Assembly (NCBI GenBank): GCA_964016885.1
Contig: OZ024750.1
Coordinates: 37,448,001 to 37,512,000 of the forward strand
Length of the DNA stretch: 64,000 nucleotides
Direction: 5' to 3'
Source: Eledone cirrhosa
Taxonomy: Eukaryota
This document shows positions 56,901 through 64,000 of the stretch, one piece after another (within the stretch, counting starts at the first letter, position 1; each line of letters starts with the position of its first letter). The notes beneath the pieces are model-generated. The model made no database searches. It worked only from the letters and a program-made list of their open reading frames with translations, and had not been told where the DNA came from. The translations under genes were made by a program, and so were the position numbers.

Positions 56901-59900
56901 ATATCAATTTTCGAAATCAGAAAGTATATATTTCGAAAGAAAAAAAATCAATCTTTTTTGAAAAAAAACAATTTTTCGAAATACTGTGTAAAATGATCAA
57001 TTTGTGAAAAATCTAAAATAATCAATTTTTTTATAGTTTTCGAAATTTACTTTCTGATTTCTAAAATTGATTTTTTTAGGTTTTTCACAAATTGATCATT
57101 TTACACAGTATTTGGAAAAAATATTTTTTTTCAAAAGAATGCGGTTATAAATTGTGTTTCGACACGTTGAAAAATACAAAATATATATCAAAAAGTATAT
57201 ATATCGAAATCAGAAAGTATATATTTCGAAAGAAATAAAATCAATCCTTTTTGAAATATAACAATTTTTCGAAATACTGTGTAAAATGATCAATTTGTGA
57301 AAAACCTAAAATAATCAATTCGTTTATACTTTTCGAAATATTTACTTCTGATTTCTAAAATTGATTTTTTTAGGTTTTTCACAAATTGATCATTTTACAC
57401 AGTATTTGGAAAAAATATTTTTTTTCAAAAATATGTGTTTATACATTGTGTTTCGACACGTTGAAAAATATTTGAAAAATTAAAAATATATATCAATTTT
57501 CGAAATCAGAAAGTATATATTTCGAAAGAAAAAAATCAATCTCTTTTGAAAAAAAACAATTTTTCGAAATACTGTGTAAAATGATCAATTTGTGAAAAAC
57601 CTAAAATAATCAATTTTTTTATACTTTTCGAACTATTCACTTCTGATTTCTAAAATTGATTTTTTTAGGTTTTTCACAAATTGATCATTTTACACTATTT
57701 GGAAAAAATATTTTTTTTCAAAAAAATGCGTTTATACATTGTGTTTCGACACGTTGAAAAATACAATATATATATCAATTTTCGAAATCAGAAAGTATAT
57801 ATTTCGAAAGAAAAAAAATCAATCTTTTTTGAAAAAAAACAATTTTTCGAAATACTGTGTAAAGTGATCAAATGGTGAAAAACCTAAAATAATCAATTTT
57901 TTTATACTTTTCGAAATATTTACTTCTGATTTCTAAAATTGATTTTTTTTAGGTTTTTCACAAATTGATAATTTTACACTATTTTCAAAAAATATTTTTT
58001 TTCAAAAAAATGCGTTTATACATTGTGTTTCGACACGTTGAAAAATACAATTTATATATCAATTTTCGAAATCAGAAAGTATATATTTCGAAAGAAAAAA
58101 AATCAATCTTTTTTGAAAAAAAACAATTTTTCGAAATACTGTGTAAAGTGATCAAATGGTGAAAAACCTAAAATAATCAATTTTTTTATACTTTTCGAAA
58201 TATTTACTTCTGATTTCTAAAATTGATTTTTTTTAGGTTTTTCACAAATTGATAATTTTACACTATTTTGAAAAAATATTTTTTTTCAAAAAATTGCGTT
58301 TATACATTGTTTCGACACGTTGAAAAATTTTTTAAAAATACAAAATATATATCAATTTTCGAAATCACAAAGTATATATTTCGAAAGAAAAAAATCAATC
58401 TTTTTTGAAAAAAAACAATTATTCGAAATACTGTGTAACATGATCAATTTGTGAAAAACCTAAAATAATCAATTCGTTTATACTTTTCGAAATATTTACT
58501 TCTGATTTCTAAAATTGATTTTTTTAGGTTTTTCACAAATTGATCATTTTACACAGTATTTGGAAAAAATGTTTTCTTTCAAAAAAATGCGTGTATACAT
58601 TGTGTTTCGACACGTTGAAAAATATTTGAAAAATACAAAATATATATCAATTTTCGAAATAAGAAAGTATATATTTCGATAGAAAAAAAAATCAATCTTT
58701 TTTGAAAAAAAACAATTATTCGAAATACTGTGTAAAATAATCAATTTGTGAAAAACCTAAAATAATCAATTCGTTTATACTTTTCGAAATATTTACTTCT
58801 GATTTCTAAAATTGATTTTTTTAGGTTTTTCACAAATTGATCATTTTACACAGTATTTGGAAAAAATTTTTTTTTTCAAAAAAATGCGTTTATACATTGT
58901 GCTTCGACACGTTGAAAAATATTAAATATATATCAATTTTCGAAATCAGAAAGTATGTATTTCGAAAGAAAAAAAATCAATCTTTTTTAAAAAAAAACAA
59001 TTTTTCGAAATACTGTGTAAAGTGATCAATTTGTGAAAAACCTAAAATAATCAATTTTTTTATACTTTTCGAAATATTTACTTCTGATTTCTAAAATTGA
59101 TTTTTTTAGGTTTTTCACAAATTGATCATTTTACACAGTATTTGGAAAAAATATTTTTTTTCAAAAAAATGTGTTTATACATTGTGTTTCGACACGTTGA
59201 AAAATATTTGAAAAATTAAAAATATATATCAATTTTCGAAATCAGAAAGTATATATTTCGAAAGAAAAAAATCAATCTCTTTTAAAAAAAAACAATTTTT
59301 CGAAATACTGTGTAAAATGATCAATTTGTGAAAAACCTAAAATAATCAATTTTTTTATACTTTTCGAAATATTTACTTCTGATTTCTAAAATTGATTTTT
59401 TTAGGTTTTTCACAAATTGATCATTTTACACTATTTGGAAAAAATATTTTTTTTCAAAAAAATGCGTTTATACATTGTGTTTCGACACGTTGAAAAATAC
59501 AATATATATATCAATTTTCGAAATCAGAAAGTATATATTTCGAAAGAAAAAAAATCAATCTTTTTTGAAAAAAAACAATTTTTCGAAATACTGTGTAAAA
59601 TGATCAATTTGTGAAAAACCTAAAATAATCAATTTTTTTATACTTTTCGAAATATTTACTTCTGATTTCTAAAATTGATTTTTTTAGGTTTTTCACAAAT
59701 TGATAATTTTACACTATTTGGAAAAAATATTTTTTTTCAAAAAAATGCGTTTATACATTGTGTTTCGACACGTTGAAAAATACAATTTATATATCAATTT
59801 TCGAAATCAGAAAGTATATATTTCGAAAGAAAAAAAATCAATCTTTTTTGAAAAAAAACAATTTTTCGAAATACTGTGTAAAATGATCAATTTGTGAAAA

Positions 59901-62900
59901 ACCTAAAATAATCAATTTTTATATACTTTTCGAAATATTTACTTCTGATTTCTAAAATTGATTTTTTTAGGTTTTTCACAAATTGATCATTTTACACAGT
60001 ATTTGGAAAAAATGTTTTCTTTCAAAAAAATGCGTTTATACATTGTGTTTCGACACGTTGAAAAATATTTGAAAAATACAAAATATATATCAATTTTCGA
60101 AATAAGAAAGTATATATTTCGATAGAAAAAAAATCAATCTTTTTTGAAAAAAAACAATTATTCGAAATACTGTGTAAAATAATCAATTTGTGAAAAACTT
60201 AAAATAATCAATTCGTTTATACTTTTCGAAATATTTACTTCTGATTTCTAAAATTGATTTTTTTAGGTTTTTCACAAATTGATCATTTTACACAGTATTT
60301 GGAAAAAATTTTTTTTTTCAAAAAAATGCGTTTATACATTGTGCTTCGACACGTTGAAAAATATTAAATATATATCAATTTTCGAAATCAGAAAGTATGT
60401 ATTTCGAAAGAAAAAAAATCAATCTTTTTTGAAAAAAAACCATTTTTCGAAATACTGTGTAAAGTGATCAATTTGTGAAAAACCTAAAATAATCAATTTT
60501 TTTATACTTTTCGAAATATTTACTTCTGATTTCTAAAATTGATTTTTTTAGGCTTTTAACAAATTGATCATTTTACACAGTATTTGGAAAAAATATTTTT
60601 TTTTAAAAATATGTGTTTATACATTGTGTTTCGACACGTTGAAAAATATTTGAAAAATTAAAAATATATATCAATTTTCGAAATCAGAAAGTATATATTT
60701 CGAAAGAAATAAAATCAATCTTTTTTGAAAAAAAACAATTTTTCGAAATACTGTGTAACATGATCAATTTGTGAAAAACCTAAAATAATCAATTTTTTTA
60801 TACTTTTCGAAATATTTACTTCTGATTTCTAAAATTGATTTTTTTAGGTTTTTCACAAATTGATCATTTTACACAGTATTTGGAAAAAATGTTTTCTTTC
60901 AAAAAAATGCGTGTATACATTGTGTTTCGACACGTTGAAAAATATTTGAAAAATACAAAATATATATCAATTTTCGAAATAAGAAAGTATATATTTCGAT
61001 AGAAAAAAAAATCAATCTTTTTTGAAAAAAAACAATTATTCGAAATACTGTGTAAAATAATCAATTTGTGAAAAACCTAAAATAATCAATTCGTTTATAC
61101 TTTTCGAAATATTTACTTCTGATTTCTAAAATTGATTTTTTTAGGTTTTTCACAAATTGATCATTTTACACAGTATTTGTAAAAAATTTTTTTTTTCAAA
61201 AAAATGCGTTTATACATGGTGCTTCGACACGTTGAAAAATATTAAATATATATCAATTTTCGAAATCAGAAAGTATGTATTTCGAAAGAAAAAAAATCAA
61301 TCTTTTTTGAAAAAAAACAATTTTTGGAAATACTGTGTAAAGTGATCAATTTGTGAAAAACCTAAAATAATCAATTTTTTTATACTTTTCGAAATATTTA
61401 CTTCTGATTTCTAAAATTGATTTTTTTAGGTTTTTCACAAATTGATAATTTTACACTATTTGGAAAAAATATTTTTTTTCAAAAAAATGCGTTTATACAT
61501 TGTGTTTCGACACGTTGAAAAATACAATTTATATATCAATTTTCGAAATCAGAAAGTATATATTTCGAAAGAAAAAAAATCAATCTTTTTTGAAAAAAAA
61601 CAATTTTTCGAAATACTGTGTAAAATGATCAATTTGTGAAAAACCTAAAATAATCAATTTTTATATACTTTTCGAAATATTTACTTCTGATTTCTAAAAT
61701 TGATTTTTTTAGGTTTTTCACAAATTGATCATTTTACACAGTATTTGGAAAAAATGTTTTCTTTCAAAAAAATGCGTTTATACATTGTGTTTCGACACGT
61801 TGAAAAATATTTGAAAAATACAAAATATATATCAATTTTCGAAATAAGAAAGTATATATTTCTATAGAAAAAAAATCAATCTTTTTTGAAAAAAAACAAT
61901 TATTCGAAATACTGTGTAAAATAATCAATTTGTGAAAAACTTAAAATAATCAATTCGTTTATACTTTTCGAAATATTTACTTCTGATTTCTAAAATTGAT
62001 TTTTTTAGGTTTTTCACAAATTGATCATTTTACACAGTATTTGGACAAAATATTTTTTTTCAAAAAAATGTGTTTATACATTGTGTTTCGACACGTTGAA
62101 AAATATTTGAAAAATTAAAAATATATATCAATTTTCGAAATCAGAAAGTATATATTTCGAAAGAAAAAAATCAATCTCTTTTAAAAAAAAACAATTTTTC
62201 GAAATACTGTGTAAAATGATCAATTTGTGAAAAACCTAAAATAATCAATTTTTTTATACTTTTCGAAATATTTACTTCTGATTTCTAAAATTGATTTTTT
62301 TAGGTTTTTCACAAATTGATCATTTTACACTATTTGGAAAAAATATTTTTTTTCAAAAAAATGCGTTTATACATTGTGTTTCGACACGTTAAAAAATACA
62401 ATATATATATCAATTTTCGAAATCAGAAAGTATATATTTCGAAAGAAAAAAAATCAATCTTTTTTGAAAAAAAACAATTTTTCGAAATACTGTGTAAAAT
62501 GATCAATTTGTGAAAAACCTAAAATAATCAATTTTTTTATACTTTTCGAAATATTTACTTCTGATTTCTAAAATTGATTTTTTTAGGTTTTTCACAAATT
62601 GATAATTTTACACTATTTGGAAAAAATATTTTTTTTCAAAAAAATGCGTTTATACATTGTGTTTCGACACGTTGAAAAATACAATTTATATATCAATTTT
62701 CGAAATCAGAAAGTATATATTTCGAAAGAAAAAAAATCAATCTTTTTTGAAAAAAAACAATTTTTCGAAATACTGTGTAAAATGATCAATTTGTGAAAAA
62801 CCTAAAATAATCAATTTTTTTATACTTTTCGAAATATTTACTTCTGATTTCTAAAATTGATTTTTTTTAGGTTTTTCACAAACTGATCATTTTACACAGT

Positions 62901-64000
62901 ATTTGGAAAAAAGGCGTTTATACATTGTTCCGACACGTTGAAAAATATTTGAAAAATTAAAAATATATATCAATTTTCGAAATCAGAAAGTATATATTTC
63001 GAAAGAAAAAAAATCAATCTTTTTTGAAAAAAAACAATTTTTCGAAATACTGTGTTAAATGATCAATTTGTGAAAAATCTAAAATCATCAATTTTTTTAT
63101 AGTTTTCGAAATTTACTTTCTGATTTCTAAAATTGATTTTTTTAGGTTTTCCACAAATTGATCATTTTACACAGTATTTGGAAAAAATGCATTGTTTCGA
63201 CACGTTGAAAAATTTTTTAAAAATACAAAATATATATCAATTTTCGAACTCAGAAACTATATTTCGAAAGAAAAAAAATCAATCTTTTTTGAAAAAAAAC
63301 AATTTTTCGAAATACTGTGTAAAATGATAGATTTGTGAAAAACCTAAAATAATCCATTTTTTTATACTTTTCGAAATATTTACTTCTGATTTCTAAAATT
63401 GATTTTTTTAGGTTTTTCACAAATTGATCATTTTACACAGTATTTGGAAAAAATATTTTTTTTCAAAAGAATGCGGTTATAAATTGTGTTTCGACACGTT
63501 GAAAAATACAAAATATATATCAAAAAGTATATATATCGAAATCAGAAAGTATATATTTCGAAAGAAATAAAATCAATCCTTTTTGAAATATAACAATTTT
63601 TCGAAATACTGTGTAAAATGATCAATTTGTGAAAAACCTAAAATAATCAATTCGTTTATACTTTTCGAAATATTTACTTCTGATTTCTAAAATTGATTTT
63701 TTTAGGTTTTTCACAAATTGATCATTTTACACAGTATTTGGAAAAAATGCATTGTTTCGACACGTTGAAAAATTTTTTAAAAATACAAAATATATATCAA
63801 TTTTCGAAATCAGAAAGTATATATTTCGAAAGAAAAAAAATTAATCTTTTTTGAAAAAAAACAATTTTTCGAAATACTGTGTAAAATGATCAATTTGTGA
63901 AAAACCTAAAATAATCAATTTTTTTATACTTTTCGAAATATTTACTTCTGATTTCTAAAATTGATTTTTTTATGTTTTTCACAAATTGATCATTTTACAC
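47960..64000 (+). repeat. Tandem higher-order repeat, 10551-bp period (37 monomers); the second copy is cut by the window end; contains an internal 2320-bp (8-mer) duplication
   Basis: Eleven marker ORF pairs have offset 10551 (47993/58544 through 52582/63133). Offsets 47993/50313 and 48286/50606 = 2320. Confidence 0.92.
48571..48865 (+). repeat. Representative near-full-length monomer (295 bp)
   Basis: Runs from ttgatcattttacacagt at 48571 to the next ttgatcattttacac at 48866. It retains all segments that are deleted in the shorter variants. Confidence 0.95.

Larger units (their letters stand above)
1..64000. repeat. AT-rich tandem satellite DNA array, monomer ~226-297 bp (typically 265-297), ~225-230 copies, all in the same orientation; runs off both window ends
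   Basis: The motifs gacacgttgaaaaa, atcaattttcgaaatcagaaagtatatatttcgaaag and aaatactgtgtaaaatgatcaatttgtgaaaaacctaaaataatcaa recur about every 280 bp from base 1 to 64000 with no unique interruption. Consecutive monomer starts include 2546->2829 (283 bp) and 48571->48866 (295 bp). Confidence 0.99.

Noticed and set aside
276-63327. About 80 short ORFs (61-74 aa; MIILH..., MIFLG..., MNHFTQ...) as a small-protein gene family
   Set aside because: They mostly have TTG-type starts and a K/F/I/N composition that reflects the A/T tracts. Frames shift freely between monomer variants, many monomers have no ORF, and minus-strand ORFs share the N-terminus only because of the inverted repeat. No recognisable domain.
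1-64000. CRISPR-like array or variable-cassette system
   Set aside because: The variable segments are deletion or point variants of one consensus rather than unique spacers. No cas, recombinase or reverse transcriptase ORF is present.
1-64000. Assignment to a named satellite family (e.g. Drosophila 1.688 or beetle/nematode satellites)
   Set aside because: There is only generic resemblance in AT content, length and short motifs. I do not recognise the sequence, and a database search is needed.
47960-64000. 10551-bp duplication as a pure assembly artefact
   Set aside because: The copies differ at several substitution sites (e.g. 48309/58860, 48346/58897, 49399, 50951, 63056), which is more consistent with a real recent duplication. 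Haplotype mis-joining cannot be excluded without reads.

Overview
The whole 64 kb window is one uninterrupted, single-orientation, head-to-tail array of an AT-rich satellite DNA, about 80% A+T by hand count of one monomer. It holds roughly 225-230 monomers. Full-length monomers are about 295-297 bp, and common deletion variants are about 226-285 bp. I found no credible protein-coding gene, RNA gene, transposon insertion or CRISPR array; all ORFs in the track are by-products of the repeat. The interest is structural. (1) Each monomer is built from two interleaved inverted-repeat pairs (B-A-B'-A', ~37 and ~76 bp) plus a short unique segment carrying a TTCG-loop hairpin. (2) One recurrent monomer variant removes three arm mismatches at once, suggesting template-switch or arm-to-arm conversion. 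(3) Monomer variants form nested, variable higher-order repeats with periods of 1643, 2284, 2320, 2456, 2553, 4815, 5259 and 10551 bp, and a ~23-28 kb super-period. A different sub-domain starts at about 47 kb. (4) CpG is enriched rather than depleted. The pattern fits eukaryotic (peri)centromeric or other heterochromatic satellite DNA, but the organism and function cannot be determined from the sequence. HOR boundaries are approximate because they were read by eye.
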